Shown in pieces: positions 19,368 to 30,992 of a stretch of DNA of 50,481 nucleotides. The translations under genes and the position numbers were made by a program. Position 1 is the stretch's first letter; each line of letters begins with the position of its first letter. The stretch lies in NCBI RefSeq assembly GCF_049581145.1, contig NZ_JBAURI010000555.1, positions 1 through 50,481 of the forward strand, in the 5' to 3' direction. The notes below the pieces were generated by a model, which was not told the DNA's origin, ran no database searches, and worked only from the letters and a program-made list of their open reading frames with translations. This stretch comes from Bradyrhizobium sp. (GTDB lineage Bacteria > Pseudomonadota > Alphaproteobacteria > Rhizobiales > Xanthobacteraceae).

Positions 19368-21320
19368 TCAGGTCCCGATCCGAGCGCGTTCATGCGTCGC
19401 TTCCTTGAGAGCTGCGACATCGATCGCGGACGCGATGTCCTCGAGCGCGACCGACAGGCGCTGGCGCCAATTCGGATGCTCATCGACGGTGCCTGGAATA
19501 TTGGGTTGGTCGATCACGCCAAGCAGATCCTCCAGCGAAATCGTCAGCAGGCGGCATTTGGTCCGCGCCAGCAACCCGACCACCGCATAAAGATCATGTC
19601 GGTCAATGGCATTTTGGCGCAACACGTCATCCAGCATGGCGAGCGCGTGCCAGCGCGCCTCATCGGTCTCGCCGGGATCGATTCCGAGCGAGCGCTTCAG
19701 CTTCAGATCGCTGAATGCACGCCAACCTGCATAGGTCGACAGATCGTGGGTGTTGAAGGTGACGAGCGCATTGGGCATATAATGATCGACGCCGCGAAAG
19801 CGCCCGGCGTCGTCACGCTCGAACATCATCACCTGATATGACCAGATGCCCCAATCGGCCATCTGCTCGCGGAAACCGTCCGGCACGGTACCGAGATCCT
19901 CGCCGATCACCACGCAGTCATGCGCGGCGCTTTCCTGCGCGGTCGCCGCCAGCAACGCCTCGAACGGCATCTGCACATAGGCTCCGCTCTTGGGCGAGAA
20001 GCCATGCGGCACCAGGTAGAGCCGCTTCAGACCCAGCACGTGATCGAGCCGGATCGCACCGGCATAGCGCATCGAGGCCCGCAGCATCTCGCGGAACGGC
20101 TCGAACGACTTCAATTCGAGACCCGCGGCATTGAAGCCCGCCAGGCCCCAATTCTGGCCCGCGGTGTTCAAGGGATCGGGCGGCGCGCCGACGGCGAGAT
20201 AGCGCGAAATCGCCGCCTGCTCGTTCCAGGCGTCGAAGCCGTCGGACTGCACGCCGACCGCGACGTCGAGGTAGAGACCGACCTTCATGCCGAGCCGGGT
20301 CGCCAGATGCCGGCATGATCGCAGCTGCCGGTCCGCCATCCACTGCACGAATTCGACGAACTCGATCTCGTGCCGATCGGTGCCGTTGCGCAGCTCGGCG
20401 CATTTGGCCTCGCGCGGCTGGCGCCATTCCTCGGGCCATTCCCACCAAGGCCGGTCGAAGCGGTGCCGCAGCACTTCGAAGCAGGCATAGCGCGACAATA
20501 GCGAGCCGTGCTCGTCACGAAATTTGTCGAAATTCCGTCGGCGTGCCGGGCCCGCCTCGGCGTTGAAACGCTCGAACGCCGCGCGCAGCGCCGACCATTT
20601 CAGGCCGGCGACCGCAGCATAGTCCACGATCTCTGTCCGGCGCAAACCGGCGATCACGTCGCCGTCGTCGGTCGGCAGATATTCCGGAATCTGCTCGACG
20701 TCGACATAGAGCGCATTCAGAAACAGCCGGCTGTTCGGCGAATAGGGGCTGCAATCGCCGGGCCGGTCGTCGAACAGCGCATGCAGCGGATTGAGGCCGA
20801 CGCCATCGGCGCCGAGCGATGCCGCCAGTTCGATCAACCCCTTGAGGTCGGTGAAATCGCCCATGCCCCAATTGCGCGCGGAGCGGATGCCGTAAAGTTG
20901 CACCGCCAGCAGCCAGCCCCGGTCGAAATCACCGCCAAACGCCCGCGGCGGCGCCACGACAAGGGGCACCTCCTCGGTCTCCGAGGAGGCGTCAGATAGT
21001 CGCAGCCGGTAGGTCCCAACCGGCAAATCCTGCGGCCAAAGGAAGGCGCGCTCTGCGGTCTGGCCTTCGGCGATCACGCCCGCGCCGGCATCCAGGATGG
21101 TCCAGCGCAGCGGCAATTGGGCCTCTGGGGCAAGTTCGGTCCGCGCCGGCTGGCCGGAGCGAATCACCACCGCGCCCTCGACAAAGCGGTTCGGCGTTCG
21201 TACCGGTAGGGCGTCGACGATGATCCGTAACGCGGTCTCGTCGGCCACGTGCCGGAGGCCCTGGCCGTCGATGAATTCGGTTAAGATTGCGAGGTTTTTG
21301 GCTTGGGTGAAAAGGTCCAT
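19368..21320 (-). CDS. malQ: 4-alpha-glucanotransferase (amylomaltase, GH77)
   Basis: QLYGIRS..NWGMGDF, SPYSPNSR, YLDVAVG, GAPPD, RLDHVLG, VIGEDLG, THD, NIPGT. Confidence 0.94.
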   Translation of the reverse strand: MDLFTQAKNLAILTEFIDGQGLRHVADETALRIIVDALPVRTPNRFVEGAVVIRSGQPARTELAPEAQLPLRWTILDAGAGVIAEGQTAERAFLWPQDLPVGTYRLRLSDASSETEEVPLVVAPPRAFGGDFDRGWLLAVQLYGIRSARNWGMGDFTDLKGLIELAASLGADGVGLNPLHALFDDRPGDCSPYSPNSRLFLNALYVDVEQIPEYLPTDDGDVIAGLRRTEIVDYAAVAGLKWSALRAAFERFNAEAGPARRRNFDKFRDEHGSLLSRYACFEVLRHRFDRPWWEWPEEWRQPREAKCAELRNGTDRHEIEFVEFVQWMADRQLRSCRHLATRLGMKVGLYLDVAVGVQSDGFDAWNEQAAISRYLAVGAPPDPLNTAGQNWGLAGFNAAGLELKSFEPFREMLRASMRYAGAIRLDHVLGLKRLYLVPHGFSPKSGAYVQMPFEALLAATAQESAAHDCVVIGEDLGTVPDGFREQMADWGIWSYQVMMFERDDAGRFRGVDHYMPNALVTFNTHDLSTYAGWRAFSDLKLKRSLGIDPGETDEARWHALAMLDDVLRQNAIDRHDLYAVVGLLARTKCRLLTISLEDLLGVIDQPNIPGTVDEHPNWRQRLSVALEDIASAIDVAALKEATHERARIGT

Positions 21321-21395
21321 TCGGCACGCTGTTTGCTCGCGACTGCCCCGGGGGTCGCGAAATTATGTAGATACGAAAACAGGATAGCCGTATCT

Positions 21396-21420
21396 AACTC
21401 TCTGGTACCCCAACCGTTCC
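21396..21420 (-). promoter_or_regulatory. EcfG-type promoter for malQ-GH15
   Basis: Minus strand GGAAC-ggttggggtaccagag-AGTT (N16), ~75 bp upstream of the malQ ATG. Confidence 0.6.
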
Positions 21421-21425
21421 GACGG

Positions 21426-21450
21426 GGAACCAATGACCGGCAGCGGCTTT
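21426..21450 (+). promoter_or_regulatory. Weaker EcfG-type promoter for the treS operon
   Basis: GGAAC-caatgaccggcagcgg-CTTT (N16), back-to-back with the malQ promoter. Confidence 0.4.
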
Positions 21451-21521
21451 CTATAAAGGTCCGGAGCGTCTCCTTCCCGGGTAGGGATACGGGACCTCGG
21501 TTCCATGTCAATGGCATCACC

Positions 21522-21689
21522 GTGAACAAGACAACTCAAACCATCGAGAGCGCCGCGGCTGGCGGCGTCATACTTGATTCGACGACCGCCGATGACGGGC
21601 GCCCGCCGCGGATCGACTCCGGCAGGGCTTCCCGAGACCTGACGGGACAAGACCCGACGCGACAAGACCCAGCGCATCATCTGGCGTAA
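21522..21689 (+). pseudogene. Probable glgE deletion remnant (55-codon ORF)
   Basis: GTG-NKTTQTIESAAAGG...PRIDSGR...QDPTRQDPA, with ATC ATC TGG CGT (IIWR) one base out of frame at the end. Resembles, from memory, the N- and C-termini of bradyrhizobial GlgE and occupies the usual glgE slot before treS. Confidence 0.6.
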
Positions 21690-21698
21690 GGGGACGCC

Positions 21699-24600
21699 AT
21701 GAACCTGCTGTCATCCATCGACGCCACCGAACTGCCGGTCACCGATCTCGACCATGACGAGCTCTGGTACAAGGACGCCGTCATCTATCAGCTGCATGTC
21801 AAGGCCTTTGCCGACAGCAACAATGACGGGGTGGGCGATTTCGCAGGGCTCACCGAAAAACTCGGCTACCTGCAGGAGCTCGGCGTCACGGCGCTGTGGC
21901 TGTTGCCGTTCTACCCCTCGCCCGGCCGCGACGACGGCTACGACATCGCCGATTACGGCTCGATCAATCCCGATTTCGGGACGATGAAGGACTTCAAGCG
22001 CTTCATCCAGGAAGCCAAGAAGCGCGGCCTGCGCGTCATCACCGAACTGGTGATCAACCATACCTCCGACCAGCACCACTGGTTCAAGCGCGCCCGTCGC
22101 AGCGATCCGAGGTCAAGCGCACGCAACTGGTATGTATGGAGCGATACCGACCAGAAATATCTGGGCACCAGGATCATCTTCACCGATACTGAGAAGTCGA
22201 ACTGGACCTGGGACCCGGAAGCCGGCCAGTTCTACTGGCACCGCTTCTTCTCGCACCAGCCCGATCTGAACTTCGACAATCCGCGCGTGGTCCACGCGCT
22301 GATCCAGGTCATGAAGCGCTGGCTGGATGCCGGCGTCGACGGGTTTCGGCTCGATGCAATTCCCTATTTGTGCGAGCGCGACGGCACCAATAACGAAAAC
22401 CTGCCCGAAACCCACGCCATCATCAAGAAGCTGCGCGTCGAGCTCGATGCCCACGCCAAGGGCAAGCTGCTGCTTGCCGAAGCCAATCAATGGCCCGAGG
22501 ACGTCCAGGAATATTTCGGCCAGGGCGACGAATGCCACATGGCCTACCACTTCCCGCTGATGCCGCGGATCTACATGGCGATCGCGCAGGAAGACCGTTT
22601 CCCGATCACCGACATCCTGCGCCAGACGCCCGACATTCCCGCCAATTGCCAATGGGCGCTGTTTCTGCGCAACCATGATGAACTGACCCTGGAAATGGTC
22701 ACCGACGTCGAGCGCGACTATCTGTGGTCGACCTATGCCAACGACCCGCGCGCCCGCATCAATCTCGGCATCCGCCGGCGGCTCGCGCCGCTGATGGACA
22801 ACGACCGCCGCAAGATCGAACTGATGAATTCGCTCCTGATGTCGTTTCCGGGCACGCCGATCATCTATTACGGCGACGAAATCGGCATGGGCGACAATAT
22901 CTATCTGGGCGACCGCAACGGCGTGCGCACACCCATGCAGTGGACACCGGACCGCAATGGCGGCTTCTCCCGCGCCGATCCGGCAAGGCTCTATGCCCCG
23001 ATGATCATGGACCCGGTCTATGGTTACGAGGCGGTCAATGTGGAAGCCCAGTCGCGCAGCCTGTCGTCGTTGCTGAGCGGCACCAAGCGGCTGATCTCGG
23101 TGCGCAAATCGACGCTTGCCTTCGGCCGCGGCAGCATGGCGTTCATTCGTCCGGCCAATCGCTCGGTGCTCGCCTATGTCAGAGAGTACAAGGGCGAGGT
23201 CATTCTCTGCATCGCCAACCTGTCGCGCTCGGCGCAGGCCACCGAGCTCGACCTGTCGGCCTGGAAGGAGCGCATTCCGCTGGAGATGCTCGGCCGCACG
23301 CGCTTTCCGCCGATCGGCGAATTGCCCTACATGATCACGCTCGGACCATACGGCTTCTACTGGTTTCAGCTTTTGGAGCGGGACAAGTCGGAGCCCGTCG
23401 CGCCGACGGTGGTGCCGGAGTTCGAGACGCTGGTGGTGCCGCTCGGCTCGACCTGGGTCTCGCTGGCGCGGGCCCGCGGCGTGTTCGAGCGCGACGTCTT
23501 GCCCGACCACCTGGCGCGGACCCGGTGGTATCCGGAAAACTCGCCAGAGGCGATCCGGCCGACGCTGGTCTCCGCCATTCCGTTCTGCGACATCGGCGAC
23601 AACAGGCCGTGGCTGGCGTTCTTCGAAGCCACGCAGCGCGGCATCACCGCGCGCTACTCGCTGCCGATGCAGATCGAGTGGGTGCGCTTCGATCGCGAGC
23701 GGTACAACCCGCATGCGTTCGCGGCCGTCCGGCAGGGCGCGCGCGAGGGAACGCTGCTCGATGTGGCGACCGCGCCGATCTTCATCGCGCTCTTGCTTCG
23801 CAACCTCAGCCAGGCGCTGACGGTCGAGGAAAACGGCCTGCGGCTCGAATTCAGGCCGACCAGCAAATTCTCCGACCGGCCGATCCGGGAGCCCGAGCAT
23901 GTCAGCGCCATCGACACCGAACGCTCCAACAGCAGCGCCGTGGTGGACAACGACTATGCCGTCAAATTCTTCCGCAAGCTCGAAGGCGGCACCAATCCCG
24001 AGATCGAGGTCGGCCGGTTCCTGACCGAGGTCGCAGGCTTCGCCAACGCACCGGCGCTGCTCGGCAGCGCCGAGCTGATCGAAGCGCATCAGCCGCATGC
24101 GATCATGACGGTTCACGCGTTTGTTGCCAACCAGGGCGACGGCTGGGCCGTGAGTTCGGCCTATCTCGACCGCTTTGTCGACGAGCAGCGGCTGCTGGCC
24201 GCCAACGGACAAGCCGGCGAGAGCGAGCAGCAAGTCATTCCCTACTTGCGTTACATGGCGCAGGCCGGACGCCGCGCCGCCGAGCTGCATCTCGCGCTGG
24301 CGTCGCGCTCCGACCTGATCGATTTCGCACCGGAGCCGATCCGGCCCGAGGACGTCCACCGCTGGGTCGACGATGTCACGGGACGGGCGGAGCGCGTGCT
24401 CTACGCTCTGGGCCTGCGGCGCGACGCGATGCGGGAGTCGGACCGGCCGCTGGTCGATCGCATGCTGAGCCGGCGCGCCGACTTGCTGGAGCGCCTGGGC
24501 ACACGGCTGCCGCAGGAGATCGACGGCCTGAAGATCCGCCTGCACGGGGATTTTCGCCTTCGGCACCTCTTGATCGTCAAGGATGATATTTTCATCACCG

Positions 24601-25001
24601 GATTCGAGGGCGAGCGCTATCTTGCGCTGGCGGAGCGGCGGCGCAAGGCGCCCGCGGCGCGCGATGTGGCGAGCCTGATCCGTTCGATCGATTACTCGGT
24701 CACCGCAGCGCTGGAACGGGCGCTAAAAGTCGCTCCCGAAGAGCAGGGCCGGCTGGCTGCAGCGCTGGCGGAATGGCGCCAACGCGCAACGACGGCATTT
24801 CTGACCGGTTATCGCGACATCATCAAGAGTTCACGACTTTGGCCGGCGGAGCTGCATGCAAGCAATGCAATGCTTGATTTCTTTTTGCTGGAAAAAGCCC
24901 TATGCGAAATCGAAGATGAGCTGACCCACCACCCCGACTGGCTACGCATTCCCCTGGCCGGCATGCTTCGAATCCTCTCCGAGCCCGCGAGCGAGACCTG
25001 A
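21699..25001 (+). CDS. treS: Trehalose synthase fused to a maltokinase (Pep2/Mak)-like domain
   Basis: [56 protein letters not shown]-terminal kinase-like domain with altered motifs. Confidence 0.95.
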   Translation: MNLLSSIDATELPVTDLDHDELWYKDAVIYQLHVKAFADSNNDGVGDFAGLTEKLGYLQELGVTALWLLPFYPSPGRDDGYDIADYGSINPDFGTMKDFKRFIQEAKKRGLRVITELVINHTSDQHHWFKRARRSDPRSSARNWYVWSDTDQKYLGTRIIFTDTEKSNWTWDPEAGQFYWHRFFSHQPDLNFDNPRVVHALIQVMKRWLDAGVDGFRLDAIPYLCERDGTNNENLPETHAIIKKLRVELDAHAKGKLLLAEANQWPEDVQEYFGQGDECHMAYHFPLMPRIYMAIAQEDRFPITDILRQTPDIPANCQWALFLRNHDELTLEMVTDVERDYLWSTYANDPRARINLGIRRRLAPLMDNDRRKIELMNSLLMSFPGTPIIYYGDEIGMGDNIYLGDRNGVRTPMQWTPDRNGGFSRADPARLYAPMIMDPVYGYEAVNVEAQSRSLSSLLSGTKRLISVRKSTLAFGRGSMAFIRPANRSVLAYVREYKGEVILCIANLSRSAQATELDLSAWKERIPLEMLGRTRFPPIGELPYMITLGPYGFYWFQLLERDKSEPVAPTVVPEFETLVVPLGSTWVSLARARGVFERDVLPDHLARTRWYPENSPEAIRPTLVSAIPFCDIGDNRPWLAFFEATQRGITARYSLPMQIEWVRFDRERYNPHAFAAVRQGAREGTLLDVATAPIFIALLLRNLSQALTVEENGLRLEFRPTSKFSDRPIREPEHVSAIDTERSNSSAVVDNDYAVKFFRKLEGGTNPEIEVGRFLTEVAGFANAPALLGSAELIEAHQPHAIMTVHAFVANQGDGWAVSSAYLDRFVDEQRLLAANGQAGESEQQVIPYLRYMAQAGRRAAELHLALASRSDLIDFAPEPIRPEDVHRWVDDVTGRAERVLYALGLRRDAMRESDRPLVDRMLSRRADLLERLGTRLPQEIDGLKIRLHGDFRLRHLLIVKDDIFITGFEGERYLALAERRRKAPAARDVASLIRSIDYSVTAALERALKVAPEEQGRLAAALAEWRQRATTAFLTGYRDIIKSSRLWPAELHASNAMLDFFLLEKALCEIEDELTHHPDWLRIPLAGMLRILSEPASET

Positions 25002-27148
25002 TGACCCAACTTTCCGCCGAAGCCTATGCCATCGTCGAAGGCCGCCACGCCGATCCGTTCCACTATCTCGGACTGCATAGCGAGGGCGACAGGACGGTGG
25101 TGCGCGCCTTCCTGCCCGAGGCGTCGAAAGTCGAGGCCGTCGGCGAGCATGGCGCGGTGGCCGCGCTGGCGCGGATTCACGACGCCGGATTATTCGCCGG
25201 CGCGTTGCCGAACGGCTCGCGACGCTACCAGCTGCGCGCGCAATACGGCAACAACGTCGTCAGTCTCGACGATCCCTACCGCTTTCCGCCCGTGCTCAGC
25301 GATTTCGACCTCTATCTGCTCGGCGAAGGCACCGATCAACGCCTCTACGACAAGCTCGGCGCGCATCCGATGACGCTGGACGGCGTCGATGGCGTGGCCT
25401 TCGTCGTGCTGGCGCCCAATGCGCGCCGCGTCAGCGTGGTCGGCGATTTCAATCTGTGGGATGCGCGTCGCCACCCGATGCGCGTGCGGGGTGTCGGTTA
25501 CTGGGAGCTGTTCATCCCGCACGCCAAGCCGGGCGACCACTACAAGTTCGACATCATCGGCCCGCAGGGCCAGCATCTGCCGTTGAAGTCGGATCCTCTT
25601 GCGTTTGCCACCGAGCTGCGTCCGAAGACCGCGTCCATCGTGTTCGACGAGACTCACCTGCCGCGGCCACGTCCGGCCCCGTCAGGGATCAACGCGATCA
25701 ACGCGCCGATCTCGATCTATGAGGTCCATCTCGGCTCATGGCGGCGCAAGGGCAACAATGAATGGCTGACCTACCGCGAACTGGCGGAGCAGCTTCCAGC
25801 TTACGCCCGCGACCTCGGCTTCACCCATATCGAGCTTCTGCCGGTCAGCGAGCACCCGTTCGACGGTTCCTGGGGCTATCAGCCGACCGGGCTCTATGCG
25901 CCGACCAGCCGCTTCGGCTCGCCGGCCGATTTCTGTGCGCTGATCGACGCCTGCCACCGCGAGGGCCTGGGCGTGATGCTCGACTGGGTCCCCGGCCACT
26001 TTCCCGACGACCCGCATGGGCTCGGTCATTTCGACGGCACCGCGCTTTACGAGCACGCCAACCCGATGCAGGGCCGCCATCTCGACTGGGGCACGCTGAT
26101 CTATAATTACGGCCGCACGGAAGTCGTCAATTTCCTGGTGGCGAACGCGTTGTTCTGGCTGGAGCGCTACGGCATCGACGGCCTGCGCGTCGACGCCGTC
26201 GCCTCCATGCTGTATCTCGATTACAGCCGCCCCTCGGGCGGCTGGATCCCGAACCAGTTTGGCGGGCGCGAGAATCTGGAGGCGATCGAATTCCTGCGCC
26301 GCTTCAATACCGAACTGTTCGCCCGTTTTCCACAGGCCACCACCGCAGCCGAGGAATCCACCGCCTGGCCGCAGGTGTCACGCCCGGTCCAGTATGGCGG
26401 GCTCGGGTTCGGCTACAAATGGAACATGGGTTGGATGCACGACACGCTGAAATACATCGGCAAGGATCCAATCCATCGCAAATTCCACCACGGCGATATT
26501 CTGTTCGGCCTGCACTACGCCTTCTCGGAGAACTTCATCCTGCCGCTGTCGCATGACGAAGTCGTGCACGGCAAGCGCTCCATCCTGGGCCGGATGCCCG
26601 GCGACGAATGGCAGCGCTTCGCCAATCTGCGCGCCTATTACAGCTTCATGTTCGCACATCCCGGCAAGAAGCTGTTGTTCATGGGCTGCGAGTTCGGCCA
26701 AGAGCGCGAATGGGATCACGACCATTCGCTGGACTGGCACCTGCTCGATCACCCGAAATATGCCGGCATCCAGGCCCTGATCCGCGATCTCAACCGACTC
26801 TATCGCACGCTGCCCGCGCTGCACGAGCTCGATTGCGACCCGGCCGGTTTCGAATGGATCATCACCGAGGATGCCAGCCACAACGTGTTCGCCTGGCTGC
26901 GCAAGGGCAGCAATTCGAACCAGCGCTGCGTCATCGTCGCCAATTTCTCGCCCAACGTCTACCACGACTATCGCGTCCGCGTGCCTCATGCCGGCCAGTG
27001 GCGCGAGGTGTTCAATTCCGATTCGGCCCATTATGGCGGCAGCAATGTCGGCAATGTCGGGGAAGTCCATACCTGGGACGGCGCCGGGCCTGAACTCAAT
27101 CTGACGATCCCGCCCCTGGCCGCGATATTTCTGATTCCGGAAAGTTGA
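25001..27148 (+). CDS. glgB: 1,4-alpha-glucan branching enzyme
   Basis: [55 protein letters not shown]. Confidence 0.96.
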   Translation: MTQLSAEAYAIVEGRHADPFHYLGLHSEGDRTVVRAFLPEASKVEAVGEHGAVAALARIHDAGLFAGALPNGSRRYQLRAQYGNNVVSLDDPYRFPPVLSDFDLYLLGEGTDQRLYDKLGAHPMTLDGVDGVAFVVLAPNARRVSVVGDFNLWDARRHPMRVRGVGYWELFIPHAKPGDHYKFDIIGPQGQHLPLKSDPLAFATELRPKTASIVFDETHLPRPRPAPSGINAINAPISIYEVHLGSWRRKGNNEWLTYRELAEQLPAYARDLGFTHIELLPVSEHPFDGSWGYQPTGLYAPTSRFGSPADFCALIDACHREGLGVMLDWVPGHFPDDPHGLGHFDGTALYEHANPMQGRHLDWGTLIYNYGRTEVVNFLVANALFWLERYGIDGLRVDAVASMLYLDYSRPSGGWIPNQFGGRENLEAIEFLRRFNTELFARFPQATTAAEESTAWPQVSRPVQYGGLGFGYKWNMGWMHDTLKYIGKDPIHRKFHHGDILFGLHYAFSENFILPLSHDEVVHGKRSILGRMPGDEWQRFANLRAYYSFMFAHPGKKLLFMGCEFGQEREWDHDHSLDWHLLDHPKYAGIQALIRDLNRLYRTLPALHELDCDPAGFEWIITEDASHNVFAWLRKGSNSNQRCVIVANFSPNVYHDYRVRVPHAGQWREVFNSDSAHYGGSNVGNVGEVHTWDGAGPELNLTIPPLAAIFLIPES

Positions 27149-27152
27149 CTTG

Positions 27153-29228
27153 ATGCGTTTGACCGCTGGAACCTTTTCCCGCCTCGGCGCAAGCTGGGAC
27201 GGCCGCGGTACCAATTTTGCCCTGTTTTCTGCCAATGCGCAGAAGTTCGAGCTGTGTCTGTTCGACAGCCAGGGGCGGCGCGAGCTCGAACGCATCGAGC
27301 TGCCCGAGCGCACCGAGGACGTCTGGCACGGCTATCTCAACGACGTCTCCCCCGGACAGCTCTATGGCTATCGCGTGCACGGCCCCTACGAGCCCGAGCA
27401 CGGCCACCGCTTCAATCCCAACAAGCTGCTGCTCGACCCTTACGCCAGACGGCTCGCGGGACGACTGGTGTGGAGCGACGCGCATTTCGCCTATCGCACC
27501 GGAAGCCCGCGCGAGGATCTCTCGTTCGACCGCCGCGACAATGCGCGCGGCATGCCGAAATCCGTCGTCATCGACGAGACGTTCAACTGGGGCCGCCGGG
27601 AGATGCGTCCCAGCATCCCCTGGGAAGACACCATCATCTATGAGGCCCACGTCAAGGGACTGACGCAGACGCGCCAGGATGTGCCGCCCAATCTGCGCGG
27701 CACCTATGGCGGGCTGTCCTCGCCCGCCATGATCGCGCATTTGAAGAAGCTTGGCGTCACCACCATCGAGCTGTTGCCGATCCACGGCTTCGTCGACGAC
27801 CGCGTGCTGGTCGAGAAGAAGCTGGTGAACTACTGGGGCTATAATACCGTGTCGTTCTTCGCACCGGAGCCGCGCTACGCGCAGGACAATCCGCTCGACG
27901 CCTTCCGCACCACGGTGGCGCGATTGCATGACGCCGGCATCGAGGTGATGCTCGACGTCGTCTATAACCACACCGCAGAAGGCAACCATCTCGGCCCGAC
28001 CTTGTGCTTCCGCGGTATCGACAACGCCTCCTATTACTGGCTGAAGCCGGACAACAAGCGTTATTACGACGACTTCACCGGCTGCGGCAGCTCGGTCAAT
28101 CTCACCCATCCGCGCGTGCTGCAGATGGTGATGGACTCGCTGCGCTACTGGGTCGAGGTCTGCCACGTCGACGGCTTCCGCTTCGATCTCGCCACCACGC
28201 TGGCGCGCGAGCCCCATGGATTCGACCGCAGCGCCGCCTTTCTCACCGCGATCCGGCAAGACCCGGTGCTGGCTGCCGTCAAGCTGGTCGCCGAACCTTG
28301 GGACCTCGGCATGGGCGGCTATCAGGTCGGGGCCTTTCCCTCGCAATGGTCGGAATGGAACGACCGCTACCGCAGCGCGATGCGCCGCTACTGGAGCGGC
28401 GAAGGCAGCCTGATCGGCGACGTGTCCAGCCGCATGACCGGCTCCTCGGACCTGTTCAACCACGACGGCCGCAGGCCGCGCGCGAGCGTCAATCACATCA
28501 CCGTGCATGACGGCTTCACGCTGGCGGACCTGTTCAGCTACAACGAAAAGCACAATGCCGCCAATGGCGAGGACAATCGCGACGGCTCCAACGACAACCA
28601 CAGCAACAATTGCGGCCAGGAGGGCCCGAGCGACGACCCGGCGATTTCGGCGCTGCGCCGCCAGCTTCGCAAGAATCAGCTGGCCTGCCTGTTGCTGGCG
28701 CAGGGCCTGCCGCTGATCCTGGCCGGCGACGAGGTCGGCAACTCGCAGGGCGGCAACAACAACGCCTATTGCCAGGACAACGAGATCGGCTGGGTTGGCT
28801 GGGACAATCTCGGGCGCGACGGCGACGACCTGACCGATTTCGTCGGCCACATGAGCGAATTACGCCGCAAATTTCCGCAAATCCGCGCGCGGCGTTGGCT
28901 CGATGGGCGGCGGGCCGATGGAACCTATGGCGTGTTGTGGCTGACGCCCGCGGCCGAGGAGATGACGGAGACGGACTGGAAGTTTCCGGAGGGCCGTTTT
29001 CTTGCCTACGTGCTCGGTCCATTGGAACAAGGTCAGGCGGCGATCTTTATCGTTCTGAATGCCGCCCCAGAGGAGATTGCGTTCAAGTTGCCGAAGATGC
29101 CTGAATATAAGAGCTGGCGGCAGGTGCTGGACACGGCCGAGGCCAAGCAGACTGGCCTCGATCTCGCGCCTGGTGCCGACACCCAAGCGCCGGCCCGGGC
29201 CGTGCTCGCCTTTGCAGGCGTCTTATGA
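27153..29228 (+). CDS. glgX: Glycogen debranching enzyme
   Basis: GTNFALFS, NKLLLDPYA, IYEAHVKG, NYWGYNT, DVVYNHTAEG, DGFRFDLA, AEPWD, HDGFTL. Confidence 0.95.
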   Translation: MRLTAGTFSRLGASWDGRGTNFALFSANAQKFELCLFDSQGRRELERIELPERTEDVWHGYLNDVSPGQLYGYRVHGPYEPEHGHRFNPNKLLLDPYARRLAGRLVWSDAHFAYRTGSPREDLSFDRRDNARGMPKSVVIDETFNWGRREMRPSIPWEDTIIYEAHVKGLTQTRQDVPPNLRGTYGGLSSPAMIAHLKKLGVTTIELLPIHGFVDDRVLVEKKLVNYWGYNTVSFFAPEPRYAQDNPLDAFRTTVARLHDAGIEVMLDVVYNHTAEGNHLGPTLCFRGIDNASYYWLKPDNKRYYDDFTGCGSSVNLTHPRVLQMVMDSLRYWVEVCHVDGFRFDLATTLAREPHGFDRSAAFLTAIRQDPVLAAVKLVAEPWDLGMGGYQVGAFPSQWSEWNDRYRSAMRRYWSGEGSLIGDVSSRMTGSSDLFNHDGRRPRASVNHITVHDGFTLADLFSYNEKHNAANGEDNRDGSNDNHSNNCGQEGPSDDPAISALRRQLRKNQLACLLLAQGLPLILAGDEVGNSQGGNNNAYCQDNEIGWVGWDNLGRDGDDLTDFVGHMSELRRKFPQIRARRWLDGRRADGTYGVLWLTPAAEEMTETDWKFPEGRFLAYVLGPLEQGQAAIFIVLNAAPEEIAFKLPKMPEYKSWRQVLDTAEAKQTGLDLAPGADTQAPARAVLAFAGVL

Positions 29229-30988
29229 GCGCCGCCAGCTTCGGTCCGCGCCCGAGCAAGGACGGCGTCTCCTTTCGGCTGTGGGCGCCGGCTGCCAAAC
29301 GCGTCGACCTGATGCTCGATCGTCCCCAACCCATGCATCGCGGCGACGACGGCTGGTTCACCGCCGACGTTCAGGGCGTCGGGGCCGGCGCCCGTTACAA
29401 GTTCCGGATCGACGACGAGCTCGAGGTGCCCGATCCGGCTTCCGCCTTTCAGCCCGAGGATGTGTTCGGTCCGAGCGAAGTGATCGAGCACGATCGGTTT
29501 GAGTGGCGCGCAGAGGATTGGCGCGGCCGGCCCTGGCAGGAGACTGTGCTGATCGAAGCCCATGTCGGAACGTTCACGAAACAGGGCAGCTACCGCGCAA
29601 TGATCGACAAGCTCGATCACCTTGTAGCGACCGGGATCACCGCGCTCGAACTGATGCCGCTGGCCGATTTCGCGGGCACGCGGGGCTGGGGCTATGACGG
29701 CGTGTTGTGGTACGCGCCGGACAGCGCCTATGGCCGGCCGGAGGATCTCAAGACCCTGGTCGACGAAGCGCATCGGCGCGGGCTGATGGTGTTTCTCGAC
29801 GCGGTCTACAACCATTTCGGTCCCGAGGGAAATTATCTCGGTCGCTATGCGCCGGCTTTCTTCACCGAAGCCCATACACCATGGGGCAGCGCGATCGACT
29901 ACCGGCTGCCGGAGGTGCGCGCCTTCGCCGTCGAGAATGCCGTGCAATGGTTGCGCGACTACCGCTTCGACGGATTGCGGCTCGACGCGGTCAACCACAT
30001 CCTGGACGAGCCCGGCGAGATCTCGATGCTGCATGAGCTCAGCATCGCGGCAGGCCAACTCGCCGCCGAGACCGGCCGGCACATTCATCTCGTGCTCGAG
30101 AACGGCGACAACCGCGCTTCGCTATTGGATGCGGTACACCCGCCGCGCGGCAAATATCACGCGCAGTGGAACGACGATTATCACCATGTCTGGCACGTAT
30201 TGCTGACCGGTGAGAGCAACGGATATTATGGCGATTATCAAGAGTCGCCGCTCGGCGGCCTGGCCCGGTCGCTTGCTTCGGGCTTCGTCTACCAGGGCGA
30301 GCCCGCGCCGTTCTGGGGCGGCCAGCCGAGAGGCGAGCCGAGCGGCGCGCTGGAACCCAGCGCTTTCGTCAACTTCCTGCAAAACCACGACCAGATCGGC
30401 AACCGCCCATTCGGCGACCGGCTGGAAAGCATCGCCGACCCCAAGGGCATCGAAGCCGGGCTTGCGATCACGCTGCTGGCGCCGATGACGCCGATGCTGT
30501 TCATGGGCGAGGAATGGGGCTCCAAGGTGCCGTTCCCGTTCTTTTGCGATTTCACCGGGGATCTCGCCGCCGCCGTGCGCAACGGACGACGCGAGGAATA
30601 TGCCTGGGCCTACGCGGCCTATGGCGACGAGGTGCCGGATCCGCTCGATCCCGCGACGTTCCACGGCGCGGTTCTGGATTGGGATGCGCGCGACGCGGCG
30701 AACGGACGGATGCGGCTTGCGCTGGTGCAGCGGCTGCTGACGATCCGAAAGCGCGAGATCACGCCACGCCTTGCAGGCGCGGCGTTCGGCGAGGCCGAGG
30801 CTGCAGCCAACGGTCTCCTGGCGGCCGACTGGCGCCTGGGCGACGGAACGCCGCTGCGGCTCCTCGCCAATCTGTCGGCGCGCGAGATCGCCTGCCGGCC
30901 AGCCGCAGCCAGAGGCACGGCGATCTGGGGCGGCGAGCCCGGCGAACACCTGCCGCCATGGTCGGTGTTCTGGCGCATTGGAGGCTAG
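29225..30988 (+). CDS. treZ: Malto-oligosyltrehalose trehalohydrolase
   Basis: FRLWAP, PDPAS.FQP, WGYDGV, VYNHFGPEG, DGLRLDAV, QWNDDYHH, QNHDQIGNR, LFMGEEW. Confidence 0.95.
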   Translation: MSAASFGPRPSKDGVSFRLWAPAAKRVDLMLDRPQPMHRGDDGWFTADVQGVGAGARYKFRIDDELEVPDPASAFQPEDVFGPSEVIEHDRFEWRAEDWRGRPWQETVLIEAHVGTFTKQGSYRAMIDKLDHLVATGITALELMPLADFAGTRGWGYDGVLWYAPDSAYGRPEDLKTLVDEAHRRGLMVFLDAVYNHFGPEGNYLGRYAPAFFTEAHTPWGSAIDYRLPEVRAFAVENAVQWLRDYRFDGLRLDAVNHILDEPGEISMLHELSIAAGQLAAETGRHIHLVLENGDNRASLLDAVHPPRGKYHAQWNDDYHHVWHVLLTGESNGYYGDYQESPLGGLARSLASGFVYQGEPAPFWGGQPRGEPSGALEPSAFVNFLQNHDQIGNRPFGDRLESIADPKGIEAGLAITLLAPMTPMLFMGEEWGSKVPFPFFCDFTGDLAAAVRNGRREEYAWAYAAYGDEVPDPLDPATFHGAVLDWDARDAANGRMRLALVQRLLTIRKREITPRLAGAAFGEAEAAANGLLAADWRLGDGTPLRLLANLSAREIACRPAAARGTAIWGGEPGEHLPPWSVFWRIGG

Positions 30989-30992
30989 CGCC

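Noticed and set aside
21641..21670. 15-bp tandem repeat as a CRISPR or VNTR array
   Set aside because: Only two copies, no spacer and no cas genes; better explained as part of the glgE scar.
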